Shown here piece after piece: positions 48,782 through 57,870 of a stretch of DNA of 64,000 bases. Source of the stretch: an uncultured Melioribacter sp. (GTDB lineage: Bacteria > Bacteroidota > Ignavibacteria > Kapaibacteriales > Kapaibacteriaceae). Location of the stretch: NCBI GenBank assembly GCA_964393485.1, contig CAYMTW010000005.1:27-64026 (forward strand). The letters are read 5' to 3'. Position 1 is the stretch's first letter. Each line of letters starts with the position of its first letter. Under the pieces are notes generated by a model. It worked only from the letters and a program-made list of their open reading frames with translations, was not told where the DNA came from and searched no databases. Both the position numbers and the translations under genes were made by a program.

Positions 48782-50556
48782 TATGACAATCTCCTGTCAA
48801 GTTCTTCAAAGGGAATCATTGTAAAAGTCGGCAGCCCAAACGGGGTGTGGTGCGTGATCGTGCACTGGCGCAGCTGTCGCACCAGCATCTCAGCACGCTC
48901 AGATGTCATACCAGTTACACTTCTCCGAGCGTACTGGCGAGCAAGTTTCGCTACAATGCTTTCATGCCTATTGAGTGCTGGTGCCGTTTCGACGTCTGCC
49001 ATCGCCGCGATCAGTTCATCAATCACCGAGCTCTCTTCTCCGGGTGCGATCACCGATGGTACGGCCGACACCGTGAGAATCCCATCATGAATGTCGACGG
49101 CAAATCCGGCCGAGATGATCAACGCAGCGTGCTCTTCGAGAAGTGCTTGTCGAGATGGATCAACAGAAATCTCAACAGGAAACAGCAGCGTTTGCGGAAC
49201 GACCGATCCATTAGACTGCGCCATGATCTGCTCAAAGAAAATGCGTTCAGCTGCAGCCACTGGTCGCACAACCATAATGCCTGCCGGCAGCACACAGACA
49301 ATGCGCTCGGTGGTGGCATAGATCAACTGCCGAGATTCTTCCGGAACGTCTCTCGGGGCAAACAGCGCATCGTACCCTTGACGGTGCGCCACAGTATAGC
49401 GTGGTTCAGTAGGCCCGGGCATGCCTCGTTCCGGCAATGGTCCGCGCTGCGGAAGGATCTCACCCGTCAGACGATTGACGACGAGGGTATCTCCTTGAGG
49501 GAAGGACGGCAGCGACGACAGTGGGTGCGAAGCAATGGATACATTCGACATCACGGGCGGTATGATACTGGCCTGGGAGAGCGCGCGCATAACGGCATCC
49601 TGAAGGAGCAGATACACAGAGCGCTCGTCATCAAACTTGACCTCATGCTTCTGCGGATGAACGTTCACATCCACTCGCTCGGGGTCCACATCGAGAAACA
49701 ACGCGAACACCGGAAACTCCCGTGGACTGATCAAATGCTCATAAGCTTGGTTGACGGCGTGGGCCAAGGCGCGACTCTTGATGGGACGCCCATTGAGGAA
49801 TAGAAACTGCCCACTGCGGTTCTGCCGGACCGCGTCCTGGCGTCCGACATATCCGCGGAGAGTGATGCCACTGTCCGAGGCTGTTACTTCAACAAGGGAG
49901 TGCTCGGCATGCAGACTCAACACACGACCGAGACGCGATGCCAGATCCGAAGGCGGAAGATCAAAGATGCGTGTCGGACCGTCGTAAAACACAAACCGCA
50001 CCGACGGACGCGAAAGGGCCAGCGTCTGCATGGTCTCACTGATATAGCGAAACTCCGTAAGGTCAGACTTCAGAAACTTGCGACGTCCGGGAACAGACGA
50101 GAAAAGCTGCCGCACTAGAATCTGCGTGCCAAACTCATTCGCTGCAGGCGCGATGTCAAGGGGCTTTCCAGGCTGTGAGGTCAACGTCCAACCAAGATCG
50201 GACTCATGGCTTCGCGTGCGGACCTCAACATCGGCAACAGCAGCGATCGACGCCATTGCCTCGCCACGAAATCCTAGTGTGGAGATCCGATGGAGATCTT
50301 CTTCGGTACTGATCTTACTCGTGGCATGACGCACTAGGCAGAGTGCAAGGTCTTCTTTCGACATCCCGGATCCGTCATCAATAACATGGATCAGATTCTT
50401 GCCTGCCCCTTGCACAACCACCGTGACGCACGCAGCACCGGCATCAATGGCATTCTCAACAAGCTCTTTGACGACAGACTCCGGACGCTGGACGACTTCT
50501 CCGGCAGCGATCTGATTGGCAATGAATTCCGGTAGTATGTGGATGCGCGAGGACAC
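48781..50556 (-). CDS. mutL: DNA mismatch repair protein MutL
   Basis: GHKL N-terminus (IAAGEVVQRPESVVKELVENAIDAG, DDGSGM, LGFRGEA) and a C-terminal dimerisation domain. The stop shares 1 nt with the downstream start. Confidence 0.9.
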   Translation of the reverse strand: MSSRIHILPEFIANQIAAGEVVQRPESVVKELVENAIDAGAACVTVVVQGAGKNLIHVIDDGSGMSKEDLALCLVRHATSKISTEEDLHRISTLGFRGEAMASIAAVADVEVRTRSHESDLGWTLTSQPGKPLDIAPAANEFGTQILVRQLFSSVPGRRKFLKSDLTEFRYISETMQTLALSRPSVRFVFYDGPTRIFDLPPSDLASRLGRVLSLHAEHSLVEVTASDSGITLRGYVGRQDAVRQNRSGQFLFLNGRPIKSRALAHAVNQAYEHLISPREFPVFALFLDVDPERVDVNVHPQKHEVKFDDERSVYLLLQDAVMRALSQASIIPPVMSNVSIASHPLSSLPSFPQGDTLVVNRLTGEILPQRGPLPERGMPGPTEPRYTVAHRQGYDALFAPRDVPEESRQLIYATTERIVCVLPAGIMVVRPVAAAERIFFEQIMAQSNGSVVPQTLLFPVEISVDPSRQALLEEHAALIISAGFAVDIHDGILTVSAVPSVIAPGEESSVIDELIAAMADVETAPALNRHESIVAKLARQYARRSVTGMTSERAEMLVRQLRQCTITHHTPFGLPTFTMIPFEELDRRLS

Positions 50557-50558
50557 GG

Positions 50559-51554
50559 TTACGAAGATACCATCCAGGGCAGTCGCAGGAAGGGGCGTAT
50601 CCAGGCCTGTGAAAGCCGGCGTACATCCATGTACTCCGACATGCCAAGACCCGAGGCTTCCCCATTCACTGACCAGTGACTGATGTATCGCTGATAGAAC
50701 GGGCCATCCTCACAGACCTGGCGGTTGCGACAATGCACAATGACAGTGCCACCCGAGGCATCCGTGCCAGTAAGCTCCAGTTCGCGATGAAAGCTCAGTC
50801 CCATCATGGAGTATCGACGTCCACTAAATTTCAGCTGAACGTTGCGCAATTGCTCAACGCGACCATCGGCATGCACTCGACCAAACCACTCAACAGTATC
50901 GACCGACCGACGCGTAACGAGGAACACGTACGTCTGACGCTCAGCATGAAAACGTCCCCAATACCAGTCGCCGAAGTCTCTCGGCATCGCCCGCCGGCCC
51001 AAGTTGTGGTCGTGATACGACAATGCTGAGAACTTCTGGTCAACAACCACATCGTGCGCCTCACGGATCTGCAGATGCACCGTGGACGGTGATCGAGCGC
51101 CAGCCAAGACCCATGCGTGGTCTGCCTTGATCGACTCAGATTCTCCATGGACATGCCGTGTGGTAGCCATCTCCATGCGCACCTTGGCACGACGTCCGTC
51201 ATCGCCGCAGGCTGCATCGATTGACATGACAAGATTATCCCCCTCCATGGCTAGCTCAGCACCCGGCATATGCACCTCTGGTCGCTCTTCACTAAAGCTG
51301 CAGGAGGCCAGTGAATGGCCTCCAAAGGCAAAGGCGATCCGCACACCACGGTGGTATACGCTCAGTGCGTAACCACCATGCATCAAACCAGGCCGTGAGA
51401 GATAATCGGGTGACATTGGCATTCCCCGGAACAGAATCATCACAACACCCCACTCTCCCGTGGAGTCGAGCGCATCTGCATACCACCATTCGTACGCACC
51501 GACTGTATCAAGTCGGTGACAGTGGTCATTTTCAAGTCCGGAAAGGATCTGCAT
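50559..51554 (-). CDS. crtC: Carotenoid 1,2-hydratase (hydroxyneurosporene synthase CrtC family)
   Basis: N-terminal GAYEWWYADALDSTGEWGVVMILF block and overall length (~330 aa) fit the CrtC family. Divergently paired with a CruC/CrtQ-like GT2. Confidence 0.55.
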   Translation of the reverse strand: MQILSGLENDHCHRLDTVGAYEWWYADALDSTGEWGVVMILFRGMPMSPDYLSRPGLMHGGYALSVYHRGVRIAFAFGGHSLASCSFSEERPEVHMPGAELAMEGDNLVMSIDAACGDDGRRAKVRMEMATTRHVHGESESIKADHAWVLAGARSPSTVHLQIREAHDVVVDQKFSALSYHDHNLGRRAMPRDFGDWYWGRFHAERQTYVFLVTRRSVDTVEWFGRVHADGRVEQLRNVQLKFSGRRYSMMGLSFHRELELTGTDASGGTVIVHCRNRQVCEDGPFYQRYISHWSVNGEASGLGMSEYMDVRRLSQAWIRPFLRLPWMVSS

Positions 51555-51611
51555 AGAGGGGACGTATCAGGGCGCAAAGCTACCGAATCCCGATGGTTCG
51601 TAGCTTGGTCG

Positions 51612-52823
51612 ATGCTCTTCGACCTACCTCACTTGCTATACCCTCCTGAGCCCTTGATCTCGCTACATTCCTTCCTCTGGTGGAGTGCCGCATCGTCGGT
51701 AGTTGTCTGTAGCGCGCTGTTGGCGGTAAGTGTCTATAATCTGCTCAGGTTTGCAAGGCTTGCCCCCTTTTCAACTGCTGATGACAGTGCTGCGACACAG
51801 GCAGCCGTTCTGGTTCCAGCCCGTAATGAAGAGCGCTGCATAGAGGCCTGCGTCCGCTCACTCTGTAGTCAGAGCTACAAACATCTTGAGGTCATCGTCC
51901 TGAACGACTCCTCAACTGATGGGACCGGCGAGATCCTTCACCGCCTGTCAAGTGAGTTCACAAACCTGCGAGTGATTAACGGCAGCCCCCTTCCTGCGGG
52001 ATGGGTGGGCAAGTCCTGGGCATGCCACCAACTATCACAGGCCACCGACGCCGATGTCCTGCTCTTTACAGATGCCGATACTATTCACCAGCCGGACACG
52101 GTAGCACGGTCTGTGCGATTCCTGGCGGAGCAGCATTTGTCGATGTTCTCACTTGTACCATTTCAAGTGTTGTCATCGTTTGGCGAGCATGTCGTGATCC
52201 CCATGGTGCACGTGCTCTACTTCTCGTATCTGCCCAACAGCCTGATCATGAGTAATCCACGAGTGTCGCTTTCAGCCGCTAACGGACAGTTTATGTGCTT
52301 TTCACGCGCTGGTTATGACCTCGTTGGCGGACACGGGGCTGTATGGAACTCCCTCGTCGAGGATGTGTTTCTGGCCCGTGCCGTCAAGGCTGCAGGCGGA
52401 CGTATAGCTCTTGTGGACGGAACTGATGCCGTCTCCTGTCACATGTACACGGGTGCGTCAGAGGTCACCAAGGGATTCTCAAAGAATATGTTCCCAGCTA
52501 CACGCTACAACCTCCCTGTGATCATGCTCTTTCTTGCACATCTGGCGCTGACCTATGTCTTTCCGGTGTTCGGCTTGGTCATGGGGCTCAGCATTTCAGA
52601 CACGACAATGATCGCCGCATCGTCCTTTGCGCTTGCATGCGCGGGTTTCATCCGGTTGATGATCAGTGGTCGCTTTCAGATGCCACTCTGGCATTTCATC
52701 CTGCAGCCCATAACGGCGCTCTGGACGATCTTCATTGGTGTTAACTCCGTGCGCTGGGCGTACTCGAAATCGGGTTCGCAGTGGAAGGGCCGCAGCTACG
52801 CACGAACAGGAGAACGAGGATGA
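51612..52823 (+). CDS. Membrane-bound family-2 glycosyltransferase (carotenoid glycosyltransferase CruC/CrtQ-like)
   Basis: N-terminal TM, GT2 core (VLVPARNEE...VIVLNDSSTDGT...PAGWVGKSWAC...TDADT), and about 4 C-terminal TM helices. Start chosen at ATG 51612. Confidence 0.6.
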   Translation: MLFDLPHLLYPPEPLISLHSFLWWSAASSVVVCSALLAVSVYNLLRFARLAPFSTADDSAATQAAVLVPARNEERCIEACVRSLCSQSYKHLEVIVLNDSSTDGTGEILHRLSSEFTNLRVINGSPLPAGWVGKSWACHQLSQATDADVLLFTDADTIHQPDTVARSVRFLAEQHLSMFSLVPFQVLSSFGEHVVIPMVHVLYFSYLPNSLIMSNPRVSLSAANGQFMCFSRAGYDLVGGHGAVWNSLVEDVFLARAVKAAGGRIALVDGTDAVSCHMYTGASEVTKGFSKNMFPATRYNLPVIMLFLAHLALTYVFPVFGLVMGLSISDTTMIAASSFALACAGFIRLMISGRFQMPLWHFILQPITALWTIFIGVNSVRWAYSKSGSQWKGRSYARTGERG

Positions 52824-53230
52824 GCAACAGAAGTCGTGACGATCGATGGGTAGATCTGCTTTTGCTGCGTATGCGCGAGCCGGCAGATGCTGTCGAACGT
52901 CCCTATTACACAACCGGATCGATCGTCACGGCAGCCATGATCCGAGTGGCTATCCTTGGGGTGGTCTGTATCGCCCTGGCTCAAGTTCTCGATACGACCA
53001 TTGTCTGGTGGACCGCGATGTTGAGCATGTGGGGCCTGGGGGTGTATCCGGCCTGGTTGCAGCATCAGGCATTTCACGAGTCCGTCGAAAAGATCTCCGA
53101 TGGCACCCTGTGCGGTGCCTGTCGGCACTTCAATGGAACCAATCAGCTGTGCACGATCATGGACGTCCACGTCACCTCATCGGAACCGCCGTGCGAGGGC
53201 GAGGGATGGGAGCCGATCGAGGGCTACTAA
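52820..53230 (+). CDS. Small (136 aa) two-TM membrane protein with a C-terminal 4-Cys motif, unknown function
   Basis: ATG 52820 forms an ATGA overlap with the GT2 stop. Two hydrophobic helices, then CGACRHFNGTNQLC...PPCEGEGW. Confidence 0.5.
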   Translation: MSNRSRDDRWVDLLLLRMREPADAVERPYYTTGSIVTAAMIRVAILGVVCIALAQVLDTTIVWWTAMLSMWGLGVYPAWLQHQAFHESVEKISDGTLCGACRHFNGTNQLCTIMDVHVTSSEPPCEGEGWEPIEGY

Positions 53231-53233
53231 GAG

Positions 53234-54604
53234 CTACTTGGAATCGGAGATGGTCATGAGCTTGTAGACCCCGTCATTGGTGATCTCGAACTCGTAGGTT
53301 TTCCGTACGCCACTGCGGTAGGTCCAGGTCTCGATTGAGGCTCCCGTTCGTGATAGCTTCTTATCGATCTTGCTTGGTCGCCCAAAGAGGATGTAGACCT
53401 TTCCCCGATCGGTAAAGACGCCATCCGGCTCATTGGCCGATGCGAAAGAGATTGATGCATGATCGACGCGAGTGTAGTACTCCGCAAGGCGCTCATTGTA
53501 GGCTGACTCTGGCGTTGGGTCCATGCGTCGCCACCACGTCATCAAGCGTTCCCGACTCTGCGCATCCGACCCCTCCTGGAGTGAATCGAGCTGATCTTCC
53601 GGACAGACATAGACCAGAGCATCAAGCGCGTACCGGAGCGTTCGCAATGACTGTGGCATAAACTCCCATTGCACTTGAAATGGCAACTCTACGGTATCCT
53701 TACCGCCTTTTCTAGCCAATCGCACTATGTAGTTACCAGGTGCAAGTTGCGGTGCATCAATGGGGATAATGACGAGTCCGTACGGCCCTGACACAGGAGC
53801 CGTCAACTTCAGTCGCGCCGAGGCATTGGGGTCAATCAGGCCACGCACTGCCACATCTACTCGAGATCGCACACTACCAGAATAGTCAGCATCAACCCAC
53901 CAGCGAATGTCCTTTGGTCCGTACGGCAACTGCCGAACGATGAAATCATACTGCACACCGGTTGAATCACCGGTCATAAACACCGCAACACACTCCTTAC
54001 TGCCGAAGGGGACATTGCGGTTGAAAACCAGCGGCTCGAGGCTCCACAGTGTATCCTCAATGCGCTCCGTCCCGATGAAACCGGGGACCTTAAGCTGTTG
54101 CGCCAGCGGAGTAAAAAACACGGTAGGCAATGTCACGCTCCGCTTGTTTGCATCGCGTTGCGAGAGCGTTTCCAGCATGACGCGATAGCGCCCCGGTGCA
54201 ATTCCAATGCGACAGCTACCACGATGCATGCCCGCTCGGTCAATCGACTCCTCATACGTATTCACATAGGCCGTGTCTTTGAACCGCGTGCGCGAGCGGA
54301 TCACACCGATAGAATCTCGGACTTCGACACTAAGGGTGAATTCGGCCCAGAAATTTCCAGCATTGTTACTGGCATCAGTAACGCGTGTGAAGCTTAAGAC
54401 ATCATGAGCAACCCGAAAGCTGACGAACAGATCCGCTGAGTCAGCCCCCTGACGCGGCACTACCATGACATCGGCGTAAAGGCGCTCACCAACTTCACCG
54501 GCGACAGCACGCTGCACACGTGTGACCGACTGCGCGCACACAGAGCCGAGGCCAAGGAACACGATCAGGCCCGAAATGACAATTGTGGCGAGAACTCTCT
54601 TCAC
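53234..54604 (-). CDS. GWxTD domain-containing secreted protein
   Basis: GTG 54604 forms a GTGA overlap with ruvX. Signal peptide, and a C-terminal GVFTDRGKVYILFGRP...ETWTYR block characteristic of the GWxTD domain. Confidence 0.7.
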   Translation of the reverse strand: MKRVLATIVISGLIVFLGLGSVCAQSVTRVQRAVAGEVGERLYADVMVVPRQGADSADLFVSFRVAHDVLSFTRVTDASNNAGNFWAEFTLSVEVRDSIGVIRSRTRFKDTAYVNTYEESIDRAGMHRGSCRIGIAPGRYRVMLETLSQRDANKRSVTLPTVFFTPLAQQLKVPGFIGTERIEDTLWSLEPLVFNRNVPFGSKECVAVFMTGDSTGVQYDFIVRQLPYGPKDIRWWVDADYSGSVRSRVDVAVRGLIDPNASARLKLTAPVSGPYGLVIIPIDAPQLAPGNYIVRLARKGGKDTVELPFQVQWEFMPQSLRTLRYALDALVYVCPEDQLDSLQEGSDAQSRERLMTWWRRMDPTPESAYNERLAEYYTRVDHASISFASANEPDGVFTDRGKVYILFGRPSKIDKKLSRTGASIETWTYRSGVRKTYEFEITNDGVYKLMTISDSK

Positions 54605-55071
54605 AACTCTCTCTCCGACGGCATTGACATCCGGATCTCTTCGAGCAGATGTTCTAAGATCACCGCTGCTGCGAACTGATCCTTGACCCCCTGCTGCCGG
54701 CGACGCTTCTTCTTCATGCCAGAACCGATCATGAGCTCGCGAGCCTGCTTGGTAGAAAATGCTTCGTCCACTTCATAGACAGGGATGGTGACAACACCGC
54801 GCACCTGCTCAATAAAGGCCACTGCGGCCTGAATGATGGGCGTGCTGCGGTCGTCGTGATGACGTGGCACACCGATCAGGAGTGCATCGCAGCGCTCACG
54901 CTCGACGAGCCTACTGAGGCGGTCGAGTACGTCCGGGGTGTTCTCCAGCACGGGTCGTGTGGAGACGAGAATGTGGAGCTCATCACAAACGGCCACACCG
55001 ATGCGGCGCATTCCGAAGTCAAGCGCCATGAGTCGCTTGCCACGCAATGAGAACTTTTCAAGCTCACTCAT
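54601..55071 (-). CDS. ruvX: Holliday junction resolvase-like RuvX (YqgF)
   Basis: LMALDFGMRRIGVAVCD...LLIGVPRHHDDRSTP pattern of the YqgF family. Confidence 0.85.
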   Translation of the reverse strand: MSELEKFSLRGKRLMALDFGMRRIGVAVCDELHILVSTRPVLENTPDVLDRLSRLVERERCDALLIGVPRHHDDRSTPIIQAAVAFIEQVRGVVTIPVYEVDEAFSTKQARELMIGSGMKKKRRRQQGVKDQFAAAVILEHLLEEIRMSMPSEREL

Positions 55072-57359
55072 GCGGCACGCTCGCTTAACACCGAACGGAG
55101 CTTTTCCTTGGGTTCCATGCCATGCGGAATGCGGAAGACCACTTGCGTTCCCTTACCAGGGTCACTCGTAACTCGGATCGTACCGCCATGAAGCTTCGTT
55201 ACATGATGCATGATCATTGTACCGATTCCATGACCCGAACCGTCCGAGGATGTGCTGAAGTATGGCTTCATCATATTAGCCATCGTCTCAGGATCCATTC
55301 CCACACCGGTGTCGCTCACCGAGATGAATACATTTGTCCGGTCAAACCACGTAGCGATCTCTACTGTTCCTGGCTGGCCCCTGAGGGCTTTGATAGCATT
55401 CTCAACGGCATTGCGGACGGCCCGCGAGAGCTTCAGGCGGTCAGCCTGCATGAGCGTGCCTCGCAGCTTCATGATAAACGTCACGTGGGGGAACATCGAG
55501 GGATCGAACTCATGACGGACTTCAGTACAGAGTTCGGCGCTATGGACCGTGGCGCGCTGGAACACATCAGAGCGGGCAACACCGAGCAGATCCCGCACCC
55601 GGTCGATGAGCACGCCTACCTGGAAGAGTATACGTCGGCGTCGTTCATCATCTCCACTGTCTGTATCACCCCTGAACTGTTCAGCATTGAGTCTGATCGT
55701 CGAAAGATTCGTCTGCATGTCATGGGCCAGCTGAGCCCAGTTCACCAGCCGACGTTGTTCGAGGGTTTCAGTGATGTCTATGCCTGCAAACAACATCCCT
55801 TTGACGGACCCGAACGTTCCCAGGATCGGGGTTGAGCTGATCATGTACTCGCGCTGATCGTCAGCTTTTGTCGTGGTGATCTTGTCGGTGTGCGACTCCC
55901 GAGAGTGTCGAACGCGGTCAATGAACTGATGAAGCTGCTCAAGCTCCGGTTGCTGCATATACGACTCAAACATGCGTCCCATAGGCACGTCGGTGGTAAT
56001 GCGCAGAGCGGCAGCAGCGCGGTCATTGACTCTGACGAGCCGGCCGTTGACATCAATGAATAGTACAATGCCCGCCCCGGGTGTGTCGATGATGGCCTCA
56101 AGGAATCGGCGCTGACGGCGGTACATGTACAGCACGGAGGCCATACTGACAATGAACAATAGCGGTATCACATATCTCAAAAGCGCGTCCCAAGACCGCC
56201 AGAGAAACCAGAATGGCTGCTCTTGCAGGCGGAGCACGACCGATTGCATTGGTGAACTGATCGCCCAAAGCCCCCTTGCTGACTGGAACTCCGAGCTCGC
56301 GGGACAGGATATCTCCAGGGCATCGCGGGATAAGAGGCGTCCGTCGGTGTTGACCATTGCCACACCAGCGCTGAAGATCGCGATCACTGTATCGCCAGAT
56401 GCACGAAGCATCACCGGCGATCCATAATCGCCAGGGATCAACGTCCCCGGCGGAATCCTGTCAAGCGAGCGGGAAAGGGGCATAAGGACAACCTCGACAT
56501 GTCCACTCCGCGAGGTCAAGACAGCGAGTGACGGCAGCGAGTTGACCATGAGTCCGACAACTCTACTGGGCGCCACTGGCAGTGTGCGGGTTGATGTAGT
56601 CTGCGTGCGAAGGTTGAGAACGGTCATCATGCAACCGCCGGCCTCACCGAGCTCCGAGTAGAGGATGACATTCTCGCCAACCTGTTCGATACGCGAGATC
56701 TCGTTTACCGGAACCAGCAATGAGGTTCGGACATGCAACGACGAATCGGCAAGCGAAAGGTAGGCTGATGTACCAATCCGGTAGGTGTAGACAAGTCCCG
56801 CGCCCGCCGCAAGACCAACAAATCCGGCAGCTGTGACCCGTTGCTCAATGGTCGTGAAGGAAAGACTCGACCCGTCACGTTCCGGCCTACAGAGCAAGCC
56901 GTCGGAGAGAATCACGGCGCTGGCTTCATCTGAAGATACCATCAGTCGGACACCCGAGGTCGGAGTGTCATCCTGAGTGTCATTGGTGGTCGGTGGCGGA
57001 ATCATCGCTTCAGCGATAACACGACGCCCATCGAGACTCAACACGCGTGCGTAGAGACCTGTCCTATGTCGATGCAGAACCAGGATCGAGCCCCGCCAGT
57101 AGGCAGCGTCGAGGACGTCGATATCCGAAGCACAGACCTTGAGCGAGCCTGGCCCAGCAGTGGAAACAGCAAGTGTTGGCGTCGTTGTCTCCCACGCAGG
57201 ACGTGGATAGATGACAAGACAATGCGAGGTTTCACGATGTGACACCCTCAACAAACCGGCCAGACTGGACTGATGCGTCACTCGCAGGGGCTCACCCGAG
57301 TCGGCCCGCAGCGTGGGTACACTGACCACCATGAGCAACGCGATCAGGAGTACGTTCAT
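55068..57359 (-). CDS. Sensor histidine kinase: large periplasmic N-terminal domain, TM, PAS, HisKA and HATPase_c
   Basis: Signal/TM1, a ~370-aa extracytoplasmic region, TM (IPLLFIVSMASVLYMY), H-box LAHDMQTNLSTI, and G-boxes DTGVGMD and GHGIGT. No response regulator is present in the window. Confidence 0.8.
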   Translation of the reverse strand: MNVLLIALLMVVSVPTLRADSGEPLRVTHQSSLAGLLRVSHRETSHCLVIYPRPAWETTTPTLAVSTAGPGSLKVCASDIDVLDAAYWRGSILVLHRHRTGLYARVLSLDGRRVIAEAMIPPPTTNDTQDDTPTSGVRLMVSSDEASAVILSDGLLCRPERDGSSLSFTTIEQRVTAAGFVGLAAGAGLVYTYRIGTSAYLSLADSSLHVRTSLLVPVNEISRIEQVGENVILYSELGEAGGCMMTVLNLRTQTTSTRTLPVAPSRVVGLMVNSLPSLAVLTSRSGHVEVVLMPLSRSLDRIPPGTLIPGDYGSPVMLRASGDTVIAIFSAGVAMVNTDGRLLSRDALEISCPASSEFQSARGLWAISSPMQSVVLRLQEQPFWFLWRSWDALLRYVIPLLFIVSMASVLYMYRRQRRFLEAIIDTPGAGIVLFIDVNGRLVRVNDRAAAALRITTDVPMGRMFESYMQQPELEQLHQFIDRVRHSRESHTDKITTTKADDQREYMISSTPILGTFGSVKGMLFAGIDITETLEQRRLVNWAQLAHDMQTNLSTIRLNAEQFRGDTDSGDDERRRRILFQVGVLIDRVRDLLGVARSDVFQRATVHSAELCTEVRHEFDPSMFPHVTFIMKLRGTLMQADRLKLSRAVRNAVENAIKALRGQPGTVEIATWFDRTNVFISVSDTGVGMDPETMANMMKPYFSTSSDGSGHGIGTMIMHHVTKLHGGTIRVTSDPGKGTQVVFRIPHGMEPKEKLRSVLSERAA

Positions 57360-57826
57360 GCACCCTGCACTTCACACACCACGAACGCGTGTACCCCTTC
57401 ACGACGGCCGACATAGCCCATGCGCTCACTCGTGGTGGCCTTGACGGCAACCCGGTCCAAAGGCAATGCACAGAGCTGAGCAATGTTTTCGCGCATCTGT
57501 GTCTTGAAGGGCAAGATCTTCGGTGATTCGAGCACGAGAGTACAGTCAACGTTAATGATTCGGTGACCGGATGCTCGAACGAGCTCCACGGCATGCTCGA
57601 CGAAGAGCGAGCTCGCAGCCCCCTTCCATCGTGGATCAGTATCGGGAAAATGCTCCCCGATATCTCCCAGCGCTAGAGCGCCAAGCAACGCATCGACGAG
57701 TGCATGGTACACCACGTCTCCGTCGCTATGGGCCACGGTGCCGTGGGGTGACGGGATCTCAACGCCCCCGAGAATAAGGGGGCGGCCGGGCTCGAGACGA
57801 TGAACGTCAAAACCAAAACCTACCAT
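57356..57826 (-). CDS. ispF: 2-C-methyl-D-erythritol 2,4-cyclodiphosphate synthase
   Basis: MVGFGFDVHRL...HSDGDVVYHAL...GDIGEHFPD motifs. ATG 57826 chosen; the track start 57871 collides with xseA. Confidence 0.9.
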   Translation of the reverse strand: MVGFGFDVHRLEPGRPLILGGVEIPSPHGTVAHSDGDVVYHALVDALLGALALGDIGEHFPDTDPRWKGAASSLFVEHAVELVRASGHRIINVDCTLVLESPKILPFKTQMRENIAQLCALPLDRVAVKATTSERMGYVGRREGVHAFVVCEVQGA

Positions 57827-57870
57827 GGTGCAATTTACGGTCTGCGGCGAATGTCGATCTTTGCCAAGCA

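Noticed and set aside
48847-49803. 318-aa + strand ORF, plus other long antisense ORFs: 3414-4184(-), 20925-21590(+), 28075-28746(-), 34594-35181(+), 45173-45778(-), 55122-55835(+), 62542-63225(-)
   Set aside because: Each lies entirely inside, and antisense to, a gene with strong motif support (mutL, pgpH-like, giant B, recN, argS, ABC exporter, histidine kinase, the terminal vWA/OmpA ORF). Their translations are R/S/P/C-rich with no recognisable motifs. These are typical shadow ORFs of GC-rich DNA.
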